A DNA stretch of 36,670 nucleotides, from the NCBI GenBank assembly GCA_002505945.1, contig DAWM01000022.1:19032-55701 (forward strand), read 5' to 3'. The notes beneath the pieces were generated by a model. It saw nothing but the letters and a program-made list of their open reading frames with translations, was not told the origin of the DNA and did not search any database. Below, piece after piece: positions 25,536-36,100 of the stretch. The position numbers and the translations under genes were made by a program. The stretch is from Candidatus Woesearchaeota archaeon UBA119. GTDB lineage: Archaea; Nanobdellota; Nanobdellia; Woesearchaeales; UBA119. How positions within the stretch are numbered: position 1 is the first letter of the stretch; the number at the start of each line of letters is the position of its first letter.

Positions 25536-26545
25536 TTAATTATTTTCCAATGGAGGTTAAGTAACGGGCTGAGAAACCAATCAATGCCCTTGCTCTTAAT
25601 CATCTCAAACTTCAAGTGACCTACAAAGTTCTTCATGAACTCTTTGTCCTCAATTCTTCTTTCCTTCTGTATCTTCCTTCTTTGCTCTTTAATCTCTTTC
25701 TTGTACTTTTTAAACTCTGAGTAACTCTTAAGCTTCTTAGGCAGCCATCCAGAAACCAGAGCAAAATAAAGCGTGGCGAGCTCTATTAAAAGGGAAGCAG
25801 GGGCAATCAGCCATAATGTCTTGTTAGAATAATACTTCTTAATCAAGAACCTTCTATGGAATTCTAAATCATAGAACTTGTCAGGATTCCTCTTGAAATC
25901 ATATTTGTGGTAGGCGATTGCATTCGGATTGAAAAGAAGCTTGTAGCCATATATCCTTATTCTGAAGCACAAATCAACATCCGAGTGATACATAGGAATG
26001 TTCTCATCAAAGAGCCCCACTTCATCCAGGATGCTCCTTTTTATCATGCAGATGCCACCGAAATCAGTCTCCTCAACCTTCAGTTTCTTGTCTTTTTCAT
26101 TCAAATGTTTGGGCCATCCGAAACCCATATAATTGAATATCCCCCCAGCATAGTTGATATGCTTTGGCTTATTATAGAAGAGTAGTTTAGCAGAGCAGGC
26201 CGCTGCTTTCCTCTTTTCAAGTAGCTCATACATGTTTTTTATGCAGTCCTTATCAATCTTCATATCATCGTTGAAGAATGCTATATACTTGGCTTTTGAA
26301 GCCCTTATACCAACATTTACTGCAGGCCCAAACCCAATGTTCTTTTTGGTGTTTATTATCCGAAGCTTACTGTATCTCTTTTTTGGAAATCTCTCCTTCA
26401 TAAACTCCTCAGAGCCGTCTGTTGAGCCATTTATTATCAGGATTACTTCCGTATCCTCAAAGGACTGTTCTAGAAGAGAAGAAATACATTCCTCAAGATA
26501 CTGCTTTCCGTTCCAAGAAACCACAATCGCTGAAACCTTAGCCAT
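25523..26545 (-). CDS. GT2 glycosyltransferase with a C-terminal membrane segment
   Basis: VSAIVVSWNGKQYLEECISSL, INGSTDGS, NIGFGPAVNVG, and FFNDDMKID (DxD-like). A TM helix is near the C-terminus (LWLIAPASLLIELATLYFALVSGWL). A TATA-like gtattttaaaaag lies ~50 nt upstream on the reverse strand. Confidence 0.85.
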   Translation of the reverse strand: MAKVSAIVVSWNGKQYLEECISSLLEQSFEDTEVILIINGSTDGSEEFMKERFPKKRYSKLRIINTKKNIGFGPAVNVGIRASKAKYIAFFNDDMKIDKDCIKNMYELLEKRKAAACSAKLLFYNKPKHINYAGGIFNYMGFGWPKHLNEKDKKLKVEETDFGGICMIKRSILDEVGLFDENIPMYHSDVDLCFRIRIYGYKLLFNPNAIAYHKYDFKRNPDKFYDLEFHRRFLIKKYYSNKTLWLIAPASLLIELATLYFALVSGWLPKKLKSYSEFKKYKKEIKEQRRKIQKERRIEDKEFMKNFVGHLKFEMIKSKGIDWFLSPLLNLHWKIIKWLI

Positions 26546-26653
26546 TATTTTGCTGGTTTTCTAAATGTTTTTAATCTTTTCGCTTTTTAAAATACTCCTT
26601 ATGCACAGAAATTCACTTGTTAAAGTTAGTGTGGCATTCAAAATAGATTTTTA

Positions 26654-26920
26654 TCATATCAAGCCAATGTTCTCCATAGGCACGCAGCAGAATAAGTCTC
26701 CGCAGCCCATACCTTTGTATGCTTTTCCCTGCTCGGAATCGCATTCCTCTCTTGTCTCAACACACTTACCTTTGTACTGATTTTTGCAAGGATTCTCCAC
26801 CTCATTTATAATGTTCTCTCTGAATACCTGGAATAAAAGGTATATCACGGTAATCAAAACAACAATAATCAAAACCCATTCAACTGCATTAAACATAAAG
26901 CTTGATTTCTTGTTTTTCAT
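26654..26920 (-). CDS. small Cys-rich membrane-anchored or pilin-like protein, paralog B (88 aa)
   Basis: MKNKKSS + hydrophobic helix (AVEWVLIIVVLITVIYLLF), then PCKNQYKGKCVETREECDSEQGKAYKGMGCGDLFCC (C-x7-C-x6-C-x12-C-x4-CC). GAGGAG lies 8 nt upstream of the ATG, and the gene starts 14 nt after paralog A. Confidence 0.65.
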   Translation of the reverse strand: MKNKKSSFMFNAVEWVLIIVVLITVIYLLFQVFRENIINEVENPCKNQYKGKCVETREECDSEQGKAYKGMGCGDLFCCVPMENIGLI

Positions 26921-26934
26921 TTTATAATCTCCTC

Positions 26935-27195
26935 TTATTTTTTAACCATGCTGGAGGCGTTGAAACAGCAAAACTTATCACAGCCCATCCCCCTTCTAGT
27001 AATCATACCTTTTCCTGCACATTCATCTTCTCTTTCAACGCATTTTCCTCCATTATAGTTGTTACATTCAATATCAAACCTGTCGCTTCCTTGGTTGAAA
27101 AGATTGATTGCGATAAGCACAACTACAACAAGCGCGATCACGGCTAAAACCCATCCCACTCCGGATTGTATTATCTGTGATTTCTTATTTTTCAT
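26935..27195 (-). CDS. small Cys-rich membrane-anchored or pilin-like protein, paralog A (86 aa from the ATG at 27195)
   Basis: MKNKKSQ + hydrophobic helix (GVGWVLAVIALVVVVLIAINLF), then ECNNYNGGKCVEREDECAGKGMITRRGMGCDKFCC (C-x7-C-x6-C-x12-C-x3-CC). The track start is 27219. I prefer the ATG at 27195 because it reproduces the MKNKKS N-terminus of paralog B and overlaps the giant-ORF stop (AACAATGAAAAATAA), suggesting translational coupling. The start remains uncertain. Confidence 0.6.
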   Translation of the reverse strand: MKNKKSQIIQSGVGWVLAVIALVVVVLIAINLFNQGSDRFDIECNNYNGGKCVEREDECAGKGMITRRGMGCDKFCCFNASSMVKK

Positions 27196-30100
27196 TGTTG
27201 AAAAGTTCATAGTCTGCATTTTTTAAATAAGTTATATCTCCCACATAGCTCTCTAACATAGCATTTAGTTTATCTTCAACAACATCTTTGGTAGAAGCAA
27301 CCATAAACAATACACTCTCTCCACCATATTGGATCTTTTTCATATAAAAATTCTTAAAAGACCAGGCAATAAGTCCATAAGCAGGTATTGTATCCTTGTT
27401 GCCACAGAAACCATTTTGGATTGTTTCACTGAATTCCATCTCATCCTGTTTAATTGATATTGGAATTTCGCATTTCCCCTGGAACTCTTCTTTAAATTCG
27501 GCAATCCCCTCTAGACAGAAACCTTCAGATTGGTAGAAATTAATGCAAGGTGAAATCACTGGGTTTTCAACAGGTTCCGAAATAAAGATTAAGTATGTCT
27601 TGTCGTTATTTTCCGTGAATAAAGGATACTCATTCTCCTCCACAAAAAGGGTTATATCTCCAGTTCTCTCAAGTTTAATTTTAGTTTCCTTTACATTTAC
27701 ATTCTTCAACATCTCTTGAAACTTTAAATTAACCATTTTATTCTTGTTGAGGTCTTGTTTTAGTCGCATGTCAAATATGTTGAGCATTAGACGAGTTTGT
27801 AAACTATTCCAATTTGTTATAACCCAAGTATAAGGAGCAATTATAATCTGTCCTGTTTCTTTTACCAGCTCCCCTGCCTCATCTACAAATGCCTTAAATG
27901 TATTGATATCCCTTTTTCTGAAATCCATCGTGAGTACTCTCTTTCCTACCTCGTCCTTGGAAACTTTGAATAATACATTACCATCATCGTCAATGTTCAG
28001 GATTTGTTCTGATGCTTTTACTCCCTGGACGAGCTCTATAATATAGGTTTTCTCTAAGAACTCCAAAACTATCTCTTCTGTTCCAAAATCAATTTCCCGC
28101 CTCTCGCCCTCAATATCCTCAATAACTATTTTATTTATTGTATACTTAGTAGGTGTTTTTTCTTCTTGATTCCTCAGATATAACCCTAAAGCCCATCCAG
28201 GATCATCAATAGGATTCGTATATTCAAGACTTTTTATAGCATTGAAGACCTGTTCTGTCTTAAGTATTTCGCCTCCGCCGTTTGCGAGGATGTCTTTTAT
28301 CTTTGATATAACATCTCCAACTGCCATGCACTTAGGCTCATCAATATTTGCAAACCAAGGGATATCGCAGCTGCCCTCCATTGAGTGAGTAGTCTCGCTT
28401 ACAAAGAGAGAGTCTGGGTCGTACTCATAACATTCATTATCCTTGTCATAATAATACTTTGAAAACTTCAACTTTGTTTCTCCTGAGAACACAGCCTCCC
28501 TATTGCCGTCCGCTAGCTTTATCTTTGACTCTAATTTATCTGAGAATTGTGTGAAATATTTATCGTTGGATTCCAATTCAAAAATTTCTTCTCCATTTCT
28601 GATGATAAGTTGTTCATCCGAGGGGATAGGGAATTTTACCAATGTGAAATTATATGTATCTTCATCTTCTATGTAATTTATACATTCATTATCATTGATT
28701 CTTTTATTAATATCAGAAAGCGTTTCAGAGCAACCCTCATAAGCAAGCTCATTATTTCCTTTCAAATCAAAATGTTCTTTAATTCCGTCGTGCCCGCCTT
28801 CGCCTTTTTCTAATACAGTTAGAATTACATCCTCATCGCCTTGAGAACAATTCCTCACAAGAACCAGCAAGCTCCCTGTTTCACTAACCTCCCCATCTAA
28901 TATATTTACAATATTGTCTGATGTTTGGAGTTCATACAGATTCTCTCCTGAAGAATACATAAGTCCCCCTCCTTGAGAGACAACCCTAAAGCTTCCCTTT
29001 GGAAATGCTTCGGATGCATAACCTACAAACGCTTTGATGTTTTTATCGTTAAAAAACTTATCAAGTGCGTCAAGTACTGCAGTGTCAATTTCCTTTTGAA
29101 TCTCCTTACTGCATTCCTCAAGTTCCTTATTTGTTTCAATTGTTAACCCATTATATTCATCCTTCTTGAACTCAATCTCTTGGTCATTATTATAAACTCC
29201 ACCAATAGCCCAATCTTCTTTAATATAACATTCGCTTGCAGAGTTCAAGTTATGGTTTCTTATAACTGTTGGTATGTTACCTGTAAGCACAACTTCTCCT
29301 TCAACATTAATTCCTGTGCTTCCCCTTGCTAACTCATAAATCTCTCCGTTAAGATAATATCTCAATACTGCCTTTTTGTTTAAGAATACAATCTTAAGCT
29401 GCCCTAACTGCCCTCTTTCATCGAACAAGTTTTCATGTCCTGAGAAATATTGTGATTTGATGCTATTCAAATCAAGGATAATTCGTGTAGCATAATTTTC
29501 GTTATTGTTTTCAGCATCTTTTATATCAGTAATAAGTTGAGCGAAACTATCCTTCAGTTCTTGATTTATAGTTCCTACTTGATCAAACTCCATTATCAGT
29601 TTGTTTCCTTCTATCTTTAGGACAACATACCCTGAAGCAGGTATAGAAGCAATAGGATTTTGTCCATTGTTAAATTCAATGTTATACATGCTTTCTTTCA
29701 GGTCTATTCTTACCTGTTGCTGCGTATCTGTTTTTCTTCTTAGGAAAATTTTGTCGGAAGTGGGATAATCTATTATAACAGAATTGATTTCTTCAGAGCT
29801 AATGTAAAGCTCTTGGTTTATCTCTTCTCCGCCAACGAACTTAACTCCAAACTCCAGTTTATTATTTGGATATGCGGATTCAAAGTAATCCACTGCCTTA
29901 AAAAATTTCTGAATACCCATGGTTATTTCTCCCCCATTATCCAAAAGACTTTTTATCTTGCTTATTGCATCTCCTACCTCAGAACACTTTGGTTTTATAG
30001 GTGAAAGAGAAGCATCATCAGCGGTATAACATGTGTTTCCTACCATGTCTAAGGATGTTGGAGTTATATAAATGTTAGAATTGCCTTGAGCATAGCATCC

Positions 30101-33100
30101 TTCTTGTTGGAAATATTTTGAGAAAAGCAAGACGTTTCCAGATGAAAGAATACTAGACTCTTCCCCTTGAGTTACCCAAGGAGTCCTCATCTTCTTGGAA
30201 TATTGCGGATAAAATCTATAATCAGAATCAACCACGAATTGTTCATTTCCTTCCATAAGGGAAATGCTTTCTCCATTTTCTCTACCTGGCCATTTAACTA
30301 TGGTGTAATCGGAATTCCAAAGATTATCTTCAACACAGCTTATTCTGGCATTAATAGCATCCAGCGTAGGAGAACACTTTTCGTGGTAATAGATTGGCGT
30401 ATATTCTGTGGTTATAATGGAATCTATGTGGTTCTTTAGTTTAGTGTATTCATCTTCATTTGCATCTATCAAATCAACTATTACCTCTCCGTGTTGATTT
30501 TGATAGGAGCACTCCCTTAAAAATAAGAGGAAGTATTCGCCTGCCGGTTTTTCAATAATTCTCACATTATTATTGAAGTCTTTCAAGATAATTGTTTCCT
30601 GTCCCGTTATCCCATAGTTGAAGTCGCCATATCTTATTGAGAATCCTTTCATACTGTAATCAAAGTTAATAGTAAACTTAGGAGTATCATCATCTATTTT
30701 AATAATTAAGGCTTTCCAATTATTATTGAAGAACTCGGAGATAGATTCTCCAAGCTCCTCGGTTTTATCTTCTCCTCCAATCTTCTCACAATTATCCATA
30801 TGGCTTTCGATTACCCAGAATGGTTTTTCCCTTTTGATCCTAGAGTTATCATAGCTTATAATCTTCCATTTCTGAAGCTTGTCATAGCACTCTATATCCG
30901 TTCCATCTGATTTCTTCTCTGTTCTTGTTTCAAAATTGGATATGATTATGTTGTTGTTCTTACTCAAAACATAATTTTTTTCAGATGCTAAATCCAGTCC
31001 AACTTTCATTATATGGGTTGTACCAGAGGACAAGTCCACCATGTTGTTTTTAAATGTGATAGTAAGATGCCCAAGATTCCCATTAAAGTAAACTTCATTA
31101 ACCTTGTCGTGATCAATGATTATGCTCATAACGTCATCAGAGTAATCTGATAGCTTTCCATTTAAATCGTTTACAAAACTGCTGAAAGAATTCCTTATTT
31201 CATAAAACTCAGACTCCTCTCCCATAAAGTTCATCGTAATGGTGTCTCCTTCTCGTTTTAGGACCATTTTCTCTGAATTAGCGAAGTCTCCAATGCTTGC
31301 AGGGTTTGTTATTTGGATTCGATAAAAAGTATTTGTTGAGGATAAATAGAAGATGGTTTCTTCATCGCCAAGTTCTATTACCTTCCTTTCATACTCGCCA
31401 TTCTCTTTTTGATATATTATTCTTACATGCTTTATGCCTGATGTTTTAACTCCGGGGTTTGTTTGTGCACCGCCGTCATTTCCTTTAAAGAACACAGAAA
31501 ACTTCGGTTGGTCTTCATCTTCAGCTTTGTTGTATTCAATATTGTCTATGGCTTCGAAGAAATCGTTTGTATTTATCTCAGCCGATCCTCCATTCTCAAT
31601 TATATCTTTTATCGTAGTTATTGTTTCGCTTCCTTCAGGTTCTTTTTCATCCCAATACTCGCAAGCAGACCCGCTAGTTGCTCTCAAATCAGTGATATAG
31701 AGATAATTATCATTGCCCTTTAACACTCCACCTGTTTCATCAATATATCCCTTTGACATCTTAATTCTCTTGTTTCCTTCAATAGACAGTTCTAATAAGG
31801 AATAGTAACTTTCAGAATCTTGTGCTTTCATGATTATTTTGCCAATAGGTTTTTCTAGTTTGTCGCTGTATTGAGGGAAATATCTGTTGGCAGAAGTCAG
31901 TTTGAACTCATTCCAATAAGGCTGGATACTTAGTTTTTCTGTTTTCTCAAACTCAAGGTTTATTAAGGCATAATCTTTTTCTCTGTTTAATAGGTCATTG
32001 GCGCAGGTTATCCCTTTATTAATATTTGTCAAGCTCTCAGAGCAGCGTTCATATTGTACCACTCCATCCCCACTATCAAAATACTTTCTGAGCTTTGAAT
32101 TCTCTGCCTTATCAGAAGCAACCACATCCAGAATAACATTATTGCTGTCATATGAGCAGTTTCTGACAAGCTTGAGTATTCCTCCTTTTTGCATATATCC
32201 TTCCTTTATATTGACATTCTGCCCCGGTGTCTCAATATCAAACTTATCTCCTTCCTTGCTTAAATAAATTAGAGATTCACCGCTTTTCTCAAAAACACCG
32301 CCTAAATAACCATCTTCATTGAAAAATATGCCTGCCTTTCTATTCTTATCAGCAAAGAAATTATCAATTTCGCCAATAAAGGATTCAACATCTTGTTCTT
32401 TAACGAGTCCACTGCATTCAGGCAGGGAGTATTTATCAATCTGAATTCCATAAAGTGTTGTCGTTGTCTTTTTGTCATTAATGTCCTCAAGTCCTGTGTC
32501 TGTAACCTGTCCGCCTCCTAATTTCCAATTGATGGGAGTATAGCAGTATTTGGAGTTCTTTTCTGAAAGGTCAAAGTTTCCTATAATCAATGGATTGTTT
32601 GTAAGGGTGCGAGTTTCATCGGCATGTATGTAGTAAGAATCCCTACTGGCAATCACACCGCCACTGTTAAGATATTGGTATTTGAGAGTTGCCTTCTGAT
32701 TAGAAAATTCAATCATCAGCGTTTCATCTTCAAACAATCCTTTGTCTTCTTTAAAGTACTCGTTTGCGATATTATCGAGTGTAAGTGAGAAGAATGTCGG
32801 CTCGTCTTCATGGCTGTAAGCGAGGTTGTTAAGTTTAGTTGTAAAATCCTTAAATCCTTGCTTTAGTCTTTCTTCATTTATTACCTGCTCTTCTTTCCCT
32901 TTCTCGAATCGAATTTCAAACCTCCAAAAAATTCTTTCTTCTGCCTTCTTCTTTATATGCACCTTGGATGATGGGACGATGCCTGTGCTGATCTCGTCTT
33001 CTCCATAAATCTCAATTTTCAGAGTGTTAAGAAAATTAGCTTTTTCACCGTTTTCTAACACATATTCTTCAGTGTCTCCTGCTATATTAGGATAAAAGAT

Positions 33101-36100
33101 AATTGGTTCTAAATAAAGCCGATAACTTTTTTCTTCGCCGTTAGAGTAACCTACATCCAAGACATGAGACCAAGGCTTTTTTATGAAATTGAGAGCTTTA
33201 AAGAAATACTCTGCGCGCTCAATTGTCGCTTCATTAACAAAATTGTCGTGCGCTAAAACCGTCTTAATCTTTTTAATCGCAAGCCCAACCTCATCGCATT
33301 TTGGTTTTATGGGTGAAAGGGAAGCATCATCAGGGGTATAACATGTGTCTCCTACCATATTTATCTCGGTTGAACCCACAAAAATAAGATCCTCATCTTT
33401 CTTGTAACAATAGTATTCTGTGGAGTAATTATATTTTGTAAAGAGCAGTTCCTTTTCTTCAGTCCCTGAGAAAAGATTGTCTGCATTTCCCTTTATTTCT
33501 AATGGTCTGCTAAACTCTTTGGAATATTGCGGATAATACCTATCATCAGAATTGACTACAAATTGTTTATTCCCTTTCATGAGAGAAACGCTTTCTCCCT
33601 CTTTTTTACTAGGCCATTTAACTATGGTGTAATCTTCAGCGCCTAAATATTCATCAACACAGTCTATTCTTGTGTTTATGTTGGATATAGTATCTAAACA
33701 GGTTTCATGATAAAAGACCTGGTTGGCCCTTCCTTCGCTTTCCCTTATAGAAATAATCTTGTCGTTTAGGCTGTTATACTCCTTATTCCCTTCTGCTTTT
33801 CCAACAAAATCAACAACTACGCTCTCTTTTGGATAGGAGCAGTTCCTAAGAAAAATAAGGAATCCTCTCTTTCCTGCTCCTTTAAGAATGATATCCTTTA
33901 CTCCGTTGGTCTCAATTGTTTCTCCTTTTAATAAGAACGTATCAGGATTATTCCCATTATCAAATGTTGTGAGTTCTAATCCAGGAGTTTCTTCTGTGAG
34001 GTTAATAACCAGTACTTTCCAATTGTCTTCTGCGAAAAAGGACTCTACCTTATTCACAATCTCATCAATCATTGTCTCTTTTTGAACCTCAGTACAGCTC
34101 TTTATATTAGTTGGACCAGAATGGATTGCGGTTGCCCTTGGTTTATTTGCCCCATCCATTACCCAGTTTCCTTTATTTGTTTTCCTATAGCACCTTTTGT
34201 TATCATCGTCATCGTTCTCAATCATATAATTGCGCAGAAGAGTATGATAATTAAAATCAAAACCATTAGCTAGCTTCTCTCCATAATTACTCTGAGCTAT
34301 GAAATTAGTGCCTGTTGAATATTCCTTGCTATAAAAAAGCAGCTTAGCTTCCTTTTCCAGGAATTTGATTCTATATTCCTCAAGATTACCAAAGAAGTAG
34401 TTGTCAACTACCTCATTATAGTTCAGCGTGATGTTCATGGCTTCACCGGAATCTTCATTTTCCTCGATTGTACTGTTTAGAGCTTCTATGAAATTATAAA
34501 AGCCATCAATGTATTCACATTCAGCGATTGAGATTGATTTGATCGTTTTCACGGCATCTTCTCTGTTCTGATATTTATCTTCCGTAATGACTCTCCAGCT
34601 ATCTATCATCTCATTACAGGGTTTGTTATGGGTTAAGGAAATGATGTAGTTTCTTAGCCCGAAAATCTCTTTTAAGTTATATTCTGAAGTGGATTCTACA
34701 CCAATCTTTTTTAGATAAATCTTATTCTCTTCTCCTTTAAGTGTAATTTTACCGTTGGCTACAAAGATATTAAAGATATTTAATATTCCTTTAAAGCATT
34801 CCTTATTTATCAGGTTATAATTGAGCACAATATCCATTGGTTTATCATTATTAACTTCATTTTCAATCTTGCTTTTTAATCCATTTACAAACTCGTCAAA
34901 GTAAACCTTTGCAATATCCCAAGCAGTTTCCTCTCCCTTAAAATTTATTACGAGCACGGGCTCTTCATTAATCTGTTTTAGTTCTAATGCAACTTTATTA
35001 GAATAAAGGATATCGATGGGGTCTCTATTTGTGATCTCTATCCCTTTGTAATCTTCTATTAAGAACCTAATTATTGTTCTTTGCGTAGGTTCAACAATCC
35101 TTGCTATCACTTCGGTTTCCCCTGAATTAAGAGGGTCTACATTTTCCTCGTTGAGTATGGCCACTTTTTTTATTGGGTATGGTGTTGATTCTTCAGAAGT
35201 GATGAACTTAGCCACAAGTTCAGAGTCCTTTCCATCATATTCTAAGGTTTCAAGCGCATTAAGGAATTCATCAGTGTTAATAACTCGTCTGCCTTTTCCT
35301 TCCAAGGCTTCCTTGATTAGAGGTATTGCATTCCCGACATCCTCGCATTTCTTATTATAGATAGAACTTAGTTCTCCTTTGAAAGAATTGCAACTGCCTT
35401 CAAGACTTTCTTCAGTTTTACTAAGGTATATATTGGAATCATCCTTTTGATAGCATTCTTCAACATCTTTAAGATAGTATCTTGAGAATTTTATTTTTTC
35501 GTTTTTTCCTGCCTCAATGAACCCCTTATCTCCATTTATTTTTATATCTTCATCCATTTGCATTTGCTTGCTGAATTGAGGATAATATCTCAAAGAAGAG
35601 GTTAGATTAAAGTGTTTTTGTTCCTCATTAATCCTCGCTTTCTCATCTTCCCCAATTCCAAACTTAACTATAATATAATCGTTATCCTCTAATTCTATTT
35701 TTTCATTCACACAATCAATGTATTCGTTCAATTTCTCCAAGCTACCGGAGCACATCTCTTTGTGGAATACATTAGGCGCAGCGTTTTTTGCTTCTCTTAT
35801 ATCTTCTAATTTTGTTTTTAGATTATTGAATTCAGCTTCATCTTCATCCTCCCCGATGAAGTCAACTATTGCTGCTCCTGAGGGTTTTGAGCAGTTTCTC
35901 AGCAGCACCAAATAGCTTTGTCCTTTAGGTCTCTCTATAATACCCGACTCAGAACTATCTTTTAATACCAAGCTTTCCTGATTGATCTCAACATTAATTT
36001 CCTTACTCATAATATAATTACCTAATGTTGTGAACTCCAAATCAGGGGCATTCTTATCCAAAAATATAACCAAAGCCTTCGTTTTCTTATTGTTAAAGAA

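Noticed and set aside
26654-27195. Calling the six-Cys heads beta-defensin or knottin homologues
   Set aside because: Only the general feature (six Cys ending in CC) is reminiscent of these families. The spacing (x7, x6, x12, x3/4, x0) differs from the beta-defensin consensus as I remember it, and there is no other sequence similarity. I keep it as a descriptive analogy only.
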